DNA of 64,000 nt from the human T2T-CHM13v2.0 reference genome, Homo sapiens, in the NCBI RefSeq assembly GCF_009914755.1, contig NC_060932.1; one strand, given 5' to 3'. The position numbers and the translations under genes are program-made. Below the pieces are notes generated by a model that was not told where the DNA came from, did no database searches, and saw nothing but the letters and a program-made list of their open reading frames with translations. Shown here in pieces: positions 34,546-48,470 of the stretch. Positions within the stretch are counted from its first letter, which is position 1, and the number at the start of each line of letters is the position of its first letter.

Positions 34546-35865
34546 TCTACAAGGGCTATGTTAGTTTCAATTGCTTAATTTTCTTATATTGTAAAAGAGA
34601 ATTATCAGATCCTAGATTTTATAAAGCCAAGTCCTGTTTCACTCATGTTAGTAGAAGATATGGCTTAATATTATAATATGTAATTCTTTAGATTTTCTAA
34701 ATGAAAAATACTTTGTACACTCAAGATTTCCAACTCTACCTTTGTTAGTTACCTAAGCAATATATGCAAAAGTAATTTATCAGGAAAATAATTTGTGTGT
34801 TTACAGGCTGATCTGAACTAGTATCTTAATGTTAATTTAAAATCAGATAATTAAATTACTAATCATTTGTAATATATGTTATTTATAATGATACATTTTA
34901 TAGATATACAGGGTAAGAATAAAGTCCATTTTGGAGCAATATTGGAATTCATAAATGGAGAAGATTTTATTAATATTAAAGTTAAATATAACACAATATT
35001 TATTTTATACATCAAATAGGTCTACAAGAATAAAGGTCTTATTTTTTAATAGCTCTATATAATTTATAAACCAGTTTCTTATTATTTTATTTCACCATCA
35101 CACATACATACAAATGCTATATAGTAAGAATTAGCATTTGTAATTGAGAGATGTTGAGGTACTTTGCCACAACTGGCAACAAGCCAAGAAGCCAAGACTT
35201 CAGCCTCCTAATCCAGTTCCCTTCTTCACTGTACCTCCACCAAATGCCACACTAATTCCCCTCCTATGCTCACAATACTCTTAAGTGCAAGTTAAGCCTG
35301 GACCAAGATGAGAACTGATGCCAACTGAATGATGAGAAGGTACACAGGACTTTTCAGGATGGCAAAGAAAACTGATTAGGATGTGCCAGACTCTGGCCAG
35401 TTCTACATGTTCAAAGCTCTAAACATGCTCAAAGAAAAGAAAACCGGAAAAATAAGCTACCATAGTGATGCTTTTTTCATGCCATGACAGTCATTCCTCC
35501 TTTCACATGGTAAGGATTGTCTGAGCTGCTGCAACCCCTGAAAGAAGAGAGGGATCAGGAGGAATTTTCACTAAGGCTGACTGGAGACACGTTGTTTGCT
35601 CCTTTGCAGTTAGTGATGGTTCGTTGTCTCATATGCAGAGTGGGCTGTGGTCATGAACATTCACAGAGTGGGAAGAGGCCCAAGCTCCCATTCTATGGCT
35701 TTAGTAAGCATAAGAAGATATTGCTTAAAAGAGAATTCTTTTTTTTTTTCCAAAGTACTGTTTATTGAAGGCCCAACAGGGATCAACTGCTGTGCTAAAA
35801 ACTTTACGTACATTAACTTATTTAATTCTTATTATAACAAAATTGGGCATTAAAATCTGTGTTTT

Positions 35866-35953
35866 AGGCTGAGGTGGGAGGATCTCTTGCACCTAGGAGG
35901 TCCAGACCAGCTTGGGCCACATAGTGATACTCTGTTTCTGGAAAAAGAAAAAA
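35866..35953 (+). mobile_element. Alu monomer (FLAM) fragment within MIR-like sequence
   Basis: aggctgaggtgggaggatc..gaccagcttgggccacatagtga with A tail. Confidence 0.75.
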
Positions 35954-36793
35954 ATTGTGTTTTACATTAAAAAAATATTGAGGCTTACAGAGGTGAAGAC
36001 ACCTCCTCAGAGTTACAAAACTTGCAAGTGGCTGCTTATATCCCATAAGCCTAGGGTTTAAACCTAGATCTGTGTAATTCCAAAGCTAATACATTTGCTT
36101 AGCCTTCCACTGTCAACAATTGTCCACTGACCTCCAGTTGATTCTATTTTCTGGAGGATTGGATTAGGTGATGTAGCTTGGTTTGGCTCAAGATGACCAA
36201 GAGTCAGGCTTCATCCTTGGGCTTACTTCACTCCGGAAGCTCATGGAGTGACAGGAGCAGGCTACCCCCTGCCAGGTAATTTGCCTCCTAATATTGTATA
36301 CTTTGTAAAAAGCAACTTTAGCTTGAACTACTCTATTAATCAACAAATTTGAAAAACAGCAACCCCCTTTCATTACACGATTATGTGATGATTTGTCACA
36401 TGAATGCTTTAACATCCATATGGAATGGCAATTTATTTAAAGTTTTAGGCACAGAATGACACTGGACCCTAACTATTATCACCTTTTATTTCATTATGTA
36501 CCCAGGGTGTGTTATTGTACTGGCAGAAAATTATATAGAGAAAGGATATAAAGTTTAATGAGCCTTTATAAGTCCAAACACCCTTCCCATTTACCTTTAT
36601 CCTTCTTTTTCTGCTTACAAATTTTGCTTCTCTCAGCTGAATCTATGCCAAATTCAAGATGTTTAGTTTTGTATTCACTTCACTTTCACCAAAAGTTTCC
36701 TCCCAGTATACTTTTCCAGGATGATCTTTGGGTTACTTTTGCCTACCAAGAAGGAGTTTAATCTACACAGACTCTGCTCTTCTAAACTAAAAG

Positions 36794-37060
36794 TATATAT
36801 ATATATATATATATACTTTTAAATTTTATATATATAAAATTTAAATTTATATATATAATTATATATTATATACTGTATATTATATACTGTATATAATATA
36901 TAATTATATATTATACAGTATATAATATAATTATATTATATACTGTATATAATATATAATTATATATTATATACAGTATATAATATAATTATATATTATA
37001 CAGTATATAATATATAATATAATTTGAATTTATACATATATTATGTATATTAGATTATTA
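36794..37060. repeat. (TA)n-derived AT-rich minisatellite
   Basis: Almost pure A/T with recurring actgt/acagt cores. Confidence 0.9.
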
Positions 37061-39169
37061 CATTTATTTATTAACACCAATTAATTTCTAAATTAAATGG
37101 TACTAAATTTAGGGTACTAAATATTTTTTAGTACCCTAAAATGTTTTTCAAAAAAGCATTTCTTCAGTGTTTTTAAGTATCTATTTAAATCAGTTTTAAA
37201 TTATATTTAAGAGCCTTAGTATTTCTTATTTTAACTTTTGTTCTTCTAGTTCCTTTGATACTTTTCATCTAATTTTTATTTTAATATTTTAAAATCAAAA
37301 ACATGAACTCTTCTGGAAGCAAATAAATTATGGTGAGTTTCAAATTTAAATTTGTACTTAGAAAATAACTCTCTGCTATAAAAGGAACAAAAAGTGAAAA
37401 AGAGTGCCATCCGTGCCTAGTTATGGACGAGATCTGCTAAATGCCACTGAAAGGAAAAATCCACACCTTGGCAGGACCAAATTCCAAAAAGCCAGAGCTG
37501 CTCTACAATGCTTAGAGTTCCACAACAATAAGTGGCTTTCCTGGGATTCATATTTTCCCTAAAATGAGGAAATATATATTGTGAAAATAATGTCATTGTT
37601 GACTATTAAATTTGGCCTGACTCTCACATTGCCTCCTAAATTCCCTGCCCCTCTAGAGATGGTATCATTTGGGGTGGCAAGATAAATCTTATTTCCAGTG
37701 GAGAAGTGGGTCATGGAAAATGGTGATATTAGCCTGGACATTTCTGCATTGAGACAACTAGAAATTCTGATTAATCAACTGAAGTGGCAGGATGGGTTAT
37801 CTGGATTTCACAGCTATCATTTTCTCTCAGTTGGGCTTTCTCATCACCTGTAACAAAGCTGTGTTGGTAACTTTATTCCTTCCAATGTTTGTATTTGTCT
37901 CCATCCATACCGAGCTTGTTCCCATTTTAGGACCTTTGTGCTTGCTGTCCTGCTGTCCAGATTGCTCTGTACCCAGACCTTTGTATAGCCTCAAATATCT
38001 CCTGCTTAGAAATGACTTTCCTGAACTCCAAATTCACATGTCCTCCTTTTCCCAGTCACTCCATTATATCATTCTGTCTTATTTCTTTCATAGCATTTGT
38101 CACATCTTGCTTGTATTGTGAAATTAATTTACTTGCTTAATGTCTATAACCATCTCTAAAATGGCATCTCTATGATATGATAAAACCTTGATCATTTTTT
38201 TCACCACCATGTTCTCTTCATCTATAATATGCCTGGAAAACAGTGGTGCTCAATAGACACTTATAGAGAGAATAATTAAATGGTCATTTTAAATTTAAAC
38301 TATTGTATATTTTTAAAGATGTAGAAGAGCAGAATGTTATCAGGGACTATGCTTACCCAAGTGCACTGATCTGAACTCAGGTTGTGTGGTACATTGATAT
38401 TTGGGCATGTGAATGAGCTTTGCTATACTCATGTTTGTTTTTGGATTAAGGAAAAAGCCTTTCCCCTCTCAGTTCTATTAATGGGAGGAATGAAGTGACC
38501 CGTCTGTGTCTGTCAGTCATTACTGGGAGAATGAGAACACTGATCTTTGTAAGTGTCAAATTTTTGACACTTTGTAAGTGTCAAAATCTAACTCTTCAAA
38601 TATAGTTTGAACTTTTGACATATAAATTTCAAAAATCCATCACTTTTATGGCTTTTATTGCTGTAACTAAAGAAAAGTTTCAACCTTTTATTTCCTGTCT
38701 TGGAACATTTTATTTTTAACACAGTTGTTAAATCTGCTAATGGGTGTTTTTTATTAACAACCAAGTCAACTCTTTATATGTAATCATTTTAATACACAGC
38801 ATAAAGACATTCGCAGTGTCTTACAATTTCAGGCTTTTGAAAATATTAAATTTTAAGTATATCTCATTGACTGTCATGCTAATTGAAATTACTGGCTAGA
38901 AAGACACACTGATATTCAGAGAATATCTAGTGAACTTTTATGCTAATAATTAGGAATCTCTTCTACTGCATGAATGGATAACTTGGGCAAGTTAATAGTA
39001 CTATCCCCGTATTTATTTTTAAAATTGAGAACATACTATTTGTATCTTATCTTCTATAACTGTTTGGGAAATTAATGAGTCTTATAGAACAGATAATGAC
39101 ACTATTAAGTAACATTTTTCACCTAAAAAGAAAATAACATGCATTAATGATTTATAAAGCATAAAATTC

Positions 39170-39472
<303 letters not shown>

Positions 39473-42400
39473 AAAATTCTGCACAAATATAAATGATCAA
39501 CATAAGCCTCAAAAAAAAAAGAGTTTGATTTTAACTCTCAGGCAAATAGATGATGATATAAAACAAAACAGTGAAAATATTGCATGTGGCCTGAAATTCA
39601 AACACTTGCTTCATAGATACATGTTTGCTGTAGATTAAACTAAATCCTATATGTAAATATGAAAAGAGATAAGTTCTCAAGTGTAAATATTAAGGGAGGT
39701 GAAGGTCAGTTCTATTAATTACCTTGTAGTAACATCCTTCATTCATCTGTTTGGGGGTTCTAGCTACCTAAAATCATTTTAAGGTTAAAAAAACATGTCT
39801 TCTTACTCCTGAAATCAGCTTTTTTAGCTCTTAAATCCTTTTATCAAAGATTAGATTTCTAAAATACATTTGTAATGACATGTCTTTTCTTAATCCAGTG
39901 GTTCCCAATGTATGGTTTGTAAATCACCTGCTTCAGCGTCACCTGAAGTGATATTAAAATACAATGTGTGTGTCTCAACCAATCCTTTATTTTTGTGAAT
40001 GGTCTTGGCCAGTTTAGATGATCAACAAATAAGCTCTTTTAGTAAGTATTGGTAGCTTTGTTAGAGGTATCTGGGAGTTAGATGACTCCACCCTCACAAT
40101 CTAATTACCAAGAGGTGTATTTCAGTGAAAGCAAGTCTTCAACAATCAAATTTCCCAAGTGTACATGTGTTATAAACAAACAGCCAGAAAATAGTCATAT
40201 GCCTTGCCTGTAATTTCAGGTGGGCTGGCCGCAAGTGAGGCTCACCAACCAGCACCTTGCATGAAAAGTTCACTCCAAACAGACATCAATGACATCAAGA
40301 CCTCTTTTGGGTCAGGCAGCTGAGTTCAGTGGGGCTTAGACCTCACATACTCCATCAATGACATTTGAGTGCTGGGCTTCTCCACTCCTATGTCTTGTTC
40401 ATACAAGACATTTTCTGGGTCCAGAAAATTTTTCCTTCTCAGTTACTACTCTTGATACCACTAATTGTACAAAATTCTTTCTGACATCTTTTATAGTAAA
40501 TAACAAAACTTTAGGTGTTGATTTCACTACAAATAGCTAAGTAGCCACCTCTGAAGAGGGCAGGTCCTGATTAGGACACTATCAAGCATTCCTATTAGGC
40601 ATTGGATTATATGAACAAAAGTTATTTATACTGAAGTGATGTATAATTATAACACTACTGAATCAAAATCTCTGCATGCAAGACCTGGGAATCTATGTTT
40701 TTAACAAACATTTCCAGGTAATATATTAAAAACATATTTGTAGACTTTTACAAACTTTTTTAAAAATCCTAAATGCTATTTTCTTGACATGCTTTCTCCT
40801 TTAGGAAGAATACTGAATTAATATTCACTTCAACAGCCACTTCAAAAACTACTCACTGTTTTTCTAAATTAGATTTCCCCCATAAGATTTCTTGAATTTT
40901 TAATGCTTTTACTAGTACCTAACTCCAGTGAATAAATTTTTTTTCATTCATTTTTTGTGATACCCTTTTAATTATTAAGTCAGTATGCTAAATACAGGGT
41001 GGTGACTTGCTCTGCAGTAGTTTTTAAATCAAATGCTCAAGTCAGAGCCATGATTAAGTAAAGACAGGTACAATAACTAAATGCCTTCTAGTACTGGCAA
41101 TACCAGTTGTTGCCTGCAGGAGATTGTCATTTTAATTTACTCTGATCTTTGTCTTAGTAGATCTATCAAAGAAAAGTGGCAAGAGCACTATTTGAATTAA
41201 TGATTTGCAGAACGACTCATTACTCAAGGGCAGGTTTCACAGAAAAAGTACATTATAGAGGTCCTCTTTACTGATCTTAAAAGAGTAAACAAAGACATGT
41301 AACGAGGATGAAGTAGTATCTACAACGTTCCTTTAGTCTCTAGACTGTCTTTTGTTTCACAGTTATTTTTAAGAATTAGCATTAACAGTAAAATTTTTTA
41401 AATCTGTCTAACCCAATTTCTTTGAGTAATGCTGTTTCTTTATGATAAAACTGGGTTAATAAGTATAAAATACCTAAAAATATTTTCTAAATGAGGATTA
41501 ACGATTAATACACATAGCAGATGCACAGTAAAAGATGGCTTTTATTTTTTACTGAGTGTGCTACTACTAATAGAAAACTTTGTGGGCTATGGTTGAAACT
41601 TTAATGCAGCCAGGTGTTAAGGAGGACACAAGGCTATGTCTGAGCTTCTAAGGATTTGATGATGTACATTAGCTGATCAGCCTTGAAATCAAGGGACATA
41701 ATCTGACCCCCTCACCCCGGGGTTTTTCTAATAAATGGGGAAGGAATAAATGGAATGATTACAAGTGCTTTCTGATTTTTAAAAAATCTTTTTATTTTTA
41801 GCCTCTACACTAAGGACACAACAGGTGCTTTTAAAGAAAGAAATAGAAATAGTTTCTTTTAGAATAGCCCAATAGAATGAGACCATTTTACTCCTGTACT
41901 TTTTTTACTCACATGATCTTAATTTGTAACTTTTAAGAAGTTCGGAGGCTGAGAAAAACAAATATCAGTATTTCCATTTCAAAAGGAAGAAAGAGGCTTT
42001 CACAGATGAGAAAATTAAGCCACTTGTCCAAAGTCAGATGAAAGTGTTAAAAGTGGAATGTCAAGTCTTTAAACTCTGGGTCAAGAATTCTTCCCACTAT
42101 GATAAATTATAAAATCAAACTAACAGTAACTTTTTTTCATTACTTTTTACTTTATTATCACAAAAGAGTTTAGTCGTGTGGGAAACTATTACCTCACAAC
42201 AGTCATTGTAGTTTCCCTAAAACAGACCCTATAACTTTGGCTTGATTTTGTCCATGGGTGCTGGAGATGGGGTATGGACCACCATTATCTTTGGAGAGAA
42301 TGCATGCTGCATGCTGTGGTTTTTGCATCTCCACAGCTAGCCTGCCCAGCTCATGAAGCTATCACATGCATCCCTACTGAGGCTCTTTCAGGGCCTACCA

Positions 42401-42500
42401 TTTCCACATTTCTGTGGAGAGACCAAGCTACTTGTGATTTATGCTTCCTGATTCCAGTGTAGCTGGTGAATGCATATTCTACATTTCCACAAAAATCTAC

Positions 42501-42575
42501 CTTATTTCTTCCAGTCCTAGGTGTAAAGGATCAGCCTACAGGATGGAACAAAATAGGTCCTCCTCCCTTCTATTT
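42501..42575 (-). other. CA1: Candidate 75-nt alternative non-coding 5'UTR exon of CA1
   Basis: Strong acceptor tgcttttttctcctccctattctag|AAATAG, donor AAG|gtagat, no ATG. Confidence 0.55.
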
Positions 42576-44420
42576 CTAGAATAGGGAGGAGAAAAAAGCA
42601 AAATTATTTATTAGGGTCTTCACAGCAAAATTTTAGAAAAGAATCCTGTCCTCTTACCTGAAGGCAAAATAGCAAGGTTTGAATGGAAATCCTTCCTGAT
42701 CCTGTTTCCTTTATGCAAAAGGTTACTTGGGCAATTAATTTAGCTGGTCAAGGCCATGTCTTATTCTGAATTTCCTGTTTTACTTTCTAAAAAATTTTTT
42801 TTCAAGTTGCTCCAGGCAAATGAGAGTTACCTAAACATATACAATAAGCAGATTTCTAAGATGGGTTTAGCTCTAAGTAAGTGAAGAATTTTCAGGCCTC
42901 TTAAAGATGTTTGATATCACGTAACTCTTCTGTCCTCAGTGACTCCCACAGAAGGAGTGCAGGGCAGCTTCTCCTGTGGTTTCTTAGGGCTCTTTTAGCT
43001 TCTGGAATCAGAAAATTCTGGAGAGGCTGCTTAGGCAACAGTTTTCAAGTGTGACTTGAAAGGCGCTGCATTTCAAAACCCCAGGGTTATGAGTGAAGAG
43101 GTGTTGAATGAAAGGCTCTTAATTGCATCGCCTTGCACCTAGTTTATCTGGCCCTGTGATGGAGTTCCTTAATATGCAACACTTGGACATTGTAATAGTC
43201 CTAATTCCTTTAAGACTGTCCCGGACTCTGCCTTTAACTAGTTGGTAAAGTTCCACATAGCCTTTGTGCAACTGCCTGAGGGTTGCAAAATGAGGGGATG
43301 ACATGTTGGCAAGTGCCTCAGTTTTCCATCATCACCCAGGAGGCAGCCAGAACTAGTCTGGTGAGAAAGAACTCCAGGAAAAACACCTCCCCAGGTTCGA
43401 GTCAATAACGCTTTTAAAATGGAGATCCACAGAGTCCAAAGGAGTTCTTATGGGCCTTATAGGCTAAGAACCAAGCTCAGTTAGAATGAAGCTTATGAAT
43501 GTGGACTTCTTAGAACAAATAGGGCTGATTTTATGCAGTGATTCGATCTGGGGAAGATGAATTCTTGGCAATGTTCTCAATTCCTCCTATTGGTAATTCC
43601 TAGGGGTGCTTGCTAGCCAGGGTTCACGTTCGATGTTCTTACAATGCGATCTTTTGTCACTCCTGTCTCAGGCTCCAAGAGTCCTCATACAGTCCCCTGC
43701 AGAGTTGGACAGGATTTTACTGCGTGGTTGCTTGCAGCTGGCAACAGCTGTTGCTACACTTTTTTATCCACATTTATTTTTGTGTGTTAAGATTGTGTTT
43801 CTAGTCCTCCCCCAACTTCTGATACTACACACTTGCCAAATTGTTTGCTGATGAACATGATATTATTAGTAAAGGCCAGTGACTTCTTCCAAGGGAGCAT
43901 TGACTGTTTATGTAGTGGCTTTATGTAGCCACTTCTGGGTATGGCACTCACTGTGCCATTTATTTTGGTTAATGTTTTTAAAAGACTCATTTTAACTTTA
44001 AAATCAGAGGTGGCGAATGAAACTTTGCTTAAGGATTCATGTCCCTAAAATGTAATGTTGGAGTAGTAAGGAAAAAAGGAATCATCTTTTAGCGGCAGCT
44101 AGGTATAATGAAGTTTGCAGAAAAGAAAAATAGGGTGTATTTCATTAGATCTAATATTGACAGCACTGCTCTAGCATGATGGACATGCCTTCTGTATGAG
44201 ATGAGTATGACATCCACTCAAAAAACAGCCCAGTGGGGAAAGAAATGCCAGCAATAATAGATGTGACCTTTTAGTGCCTTGGCCATTGGCATCGCCTGAG
44301 GGTAATCCTAGATCACCCATTTTTCCATTTGGATGTAGCTGAGACTGACAGGGCAGGTGTCCGGCCTAAAGCAACTGATTTACTGATTTACGAGCAGCTT
44401 TCAGTCTCCTTCCTACTTGC

Positions 44421-44474
44421 CTCTTGCAAAGTGAACTTGAAAATCCAGTTCTTTTCACTACCTCTGTGGAAAAC
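44421..44474 (-). other. CA1: 54-nt non-coding 5'UTR exon of CA1 (exon 1b type) with GC donor
   Basis: Acceptor tgcttgcctctag|GTTTTCCACAGAGG...TTTGCAAGAG|gcaagt. The sequence matches my recollection of the CA1 cDNA leader. No ATG. Confidence 0.75.
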
Positions 44475-45045
44475 CTAGAGGCAAGCACAGGATTTATTCT
44501 TTGTTACTTGTAAGGCTGCTGTTGAAGTAATGCAAAGGTCGATGATTAAATGACATACCATAAAGATTTTTAGTACTGTTATTAAACCCAGTAGGATTAA
44601 AATGCAGCTACTGATGAAAGACTTGAACTGCAGTGTCTAGATGAAGCTAATTCCAACACAACTTAATCCCTTCATCATAATATGAACAAGGAACAAAACA
44701 AACGGTACCATGGCAGTTGGGCACTGTCTCAGGCACCACAACTTCTGGTTGTTGAAATTAGCTATGGGTTGATTTTGTAACTCATAGTTGCATATTACCA
44801 TTAATGTCACCAACCTGTCTCCTGAAACACCAGGTCTGCATCCAAATCATTCAACCTAACCTCAAGGGGTGGATGGAGAAAGTATGTTTTGAACTCAATG
44901 ATCCATGGCTTCTTAGGGTGTAAAATTTGGGCTAGACAGCACTGAGTGTGGGAGGGGAGAGAATCACATTTGGCCCCGCTACATGTTACAAGTGGCACTT
45001 GCAGAATCCTGGCTCCCTCTCTCTACTTCCTCAGCAGGAAAAGTG

Positions 45046-45688
45046 CTTAAAACCATTTGAGGGGGCATACCTTAGTAACATCCTGAATAGACATGTGTGA
45101 ACCTGTCTTTTCTGGAAGCTAGATTTAGGTTAGCTTGAATGTCCAACCAATACCGGTATGCCTGCTTTCCATTCTGTCCTGTGCCATCTGGAGCAACTCA
45201 GCTCTCTGGACCTTAGCCCCAGTTTTCCAATCTAGACTGTGACCTTGCCTTTGACCTGTGGTTGGTCTTATTTCACAGCCACTGACTGCTGCCTATGTCA
45301 GGATGCATGCCCCTGCTCTGCCCAGCCCCTTCCTGCCAGCTCAGCCCTCAGCTCCATTTTTTTTTTTTTTTTTTGAGACATAGTCTCACTCTGTTGCCCA
45401 GGCTGGAGTGCAGTGGTGTGATCTCAGCTCACTGCGACCTCTGCCTCCCAGATTCAAGTGATTCTCGTGCCTCAGCCTGCAAGTAGCTGGGACTACAGAC
45501 ATGTGCCACCATGCTTGGCTAATTTTTGTATTTTTAATAGAGATGGGGTTTTGCCAAGTTGGACAGACTGGTCACAAACTCAGCCTAGCTTCTAATCCAG
45601 GACCTCTTACACCATCCTATTCCATGATCTGATGCTGACCACTAGTTGAGTTCAGGCTCAAGTGACTGCTTAGACCAGAGGCTGAGAG
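45046..45688 (+). repeat. Local duplication, copy 1 (interrupted by Alu 45357-45580)
   Basis: Colinear with 47472-47873, e.g. tgaacctgtcttttctggaagctagatttaggttagcttgaatgtccaacc is identical in both. Confidence 0.93.
45357..45580 (-). mobile_element. 5'-truncated Alu
   Basis: Poly-T, right arm and part of left arm. Confidence 0.93.
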
Positions 45689-46649
45689 TTTAGGCCTGGG
45701 AAGAATATTGCTGAAGGACCCAAGTCCCAGAGGGGAGAGTACAGGCTGCTTTGAGCCAGAACCAAAGGGCACTGTGTGCTCTCCAGTGGTCAAAAATTTG
45801 AGGAGAAATATCTGGCTTAAGCGGGAGAAAAGTGAAAGCAAGAAGAACATGAGCCATTAATCTTGTGCCACACTAATAACTAACATGACGCTATAGACTT
45901 GCAATTCAGCTCACTTGGGTAGCATTTGCATCTTGAGTTTCTCACACATTGTGAAAAATCACCCAGGGATATTTTTATTTATGATCTTAATTTAATTTTG
46001 TTGGACGGGTACTATGTTCATGTGGTTTCAAATTCAAAGGTATAAAAGGGTACAAAGTAAAAAACAATCTTCTCCCATTTTCTGTCCCAGAGAAAACCAA
46101 AGTTATCAATTTATTTCATATATTTAAAGAGATATTTGATGCATATACATGGGTATAACTGCACGTATTATTTTGCTCTTTCGAAAAAAATACAAATAAT
46201 ACATACTGTATACGCTTTTTTTGTCCCTTACTTTTTCCCCTTAATACATTAGAATTTGGCCCTATTACTATACAAAGAGTAATTTTTTTCTTTTTGTTTT
46301 ACATGTTTTGTTTTACTTTTTTTCCTTAATTCATTTTCTTGGAATTTGGCCATTATACAAAGAGTATTTTTTTTTTGGCTTTGCAACGTTCTTTTTTATG
46401 GCTTGCCATTGTTTATTTAGCCATTCCTCAATCAATGGGCATTTAGGTTATTTCTCATTGTTATAAACAAAGTTGAAATGAATGGTACATTTCCTTGTAT
46501 ATGGAGAGGACTGCTACTGGATACAGGAAAAGGGGTCTAGTAATATGAATACCTTGTAAATAAATACATAGATTTTTGTTCTTCTCAATGACTTCTCACT
46601 GCTTAGATTCTAATAACTATCCTGACAGGGAGGGAAAGGTAATACATAC

Positions 46650-46995
<346 letters not shown>

Positions 46996-47471
46996 TAACA
47001 TAAGGAAAAACATATCTAGAGAGAGGCAAAGGTGACAGCTTTCTTTAAAGGGAAAGTTGAATGGAAGGAAATTAATCTCTTAGATACACCCCAGAGTACC
47101 ACCTTTTAGCAGAGAAGTCCATTCTTCCTTCCAGAAAAAGTGCTAAGACAAAATCTTGTTGGGATGATCTGTTTTTAGAGTTCTCTAAAAAATATCTGTT
47201 TCCTCACACATATACAAAGTAAAGGAAAGCAAATAGCTTATAGAACAAGGACGACTTTTACATGATTGATAGCAGATTCAAGGTGGAGTCACCAGTGGAA
47301 GTCACTGAGACAACAGAGAAGAGAGATCTTTCAAGGCGGGGAACCAGTTTCTGACTGAAGGGTGTGTGTGGTGGTGGCGAGGCAGGAGCAGTCTCATTGT
47401 CTTTATAAATAGCTCTCCAGGACAACTTTTGTGTTTGATATAAAGAGAGAAAACAAGTTTGTGAGCACAGT

Positions 47472-47873
47472 CTTAAAACCAAGGGAGCATACCTTAGTTA
47501 CATCCTGGAATAGACATGTATGAACCTGTCTTTTCTGGAAGCTAGATTTAGGTTAGCTTGAATGTCCAACCTATACCTGTATGCCTGCTTTCCATTCTGT
47601 CTTGTGCCATCTGGAGCAACTCAGCTTTCTGGACCTTAGCCCCAGTCTTCCAATCTAGACTGTGACGTTGCCTTTGACCTGTGGTTGGTCTTATGTAACA
47701 GCCAATGACTGCTGCCTGTGTCAGGATGTATGTCCCTGCTCTGCCCATCCCCTTCCTGCCAGCTCAGCCCAGCTTCTACTCCAGTACCCTCTTATCTCAC
47801 CCTGTTTCATGGCCTGATACTGACCACTAGTTGAGTTCAGGGTCAAGTGACTGCTTGAACCAGAGGTTGAGAG
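47472..47873 (+). repeat. Local duplication, copy 2 (no Alu)
   Basis: Colinear with 45046-45688. Confidence 0.93.
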
Positions 47874-48098
47874 AAATGCAGCCAGTCAGGGCACTGAGAT
47901 CACTGACTGCTGTGCGAGAAAAACTGTAGCTGCAAAGGAAGAACTGGTATACACGAACACTGAGAAACATCACCCCAAAATTGTTTTTCTCTAACTGAAG
48001 TATGAAGGTGAATATACAAAGAAAGAAACTTTAAAGCTTAGTGAGAAAGCAACCAAATGTACCTATGCACTTATTTTTTATTTAAAAATTAAAAACAA

Positions 48099-48470
<372 letters not shown>

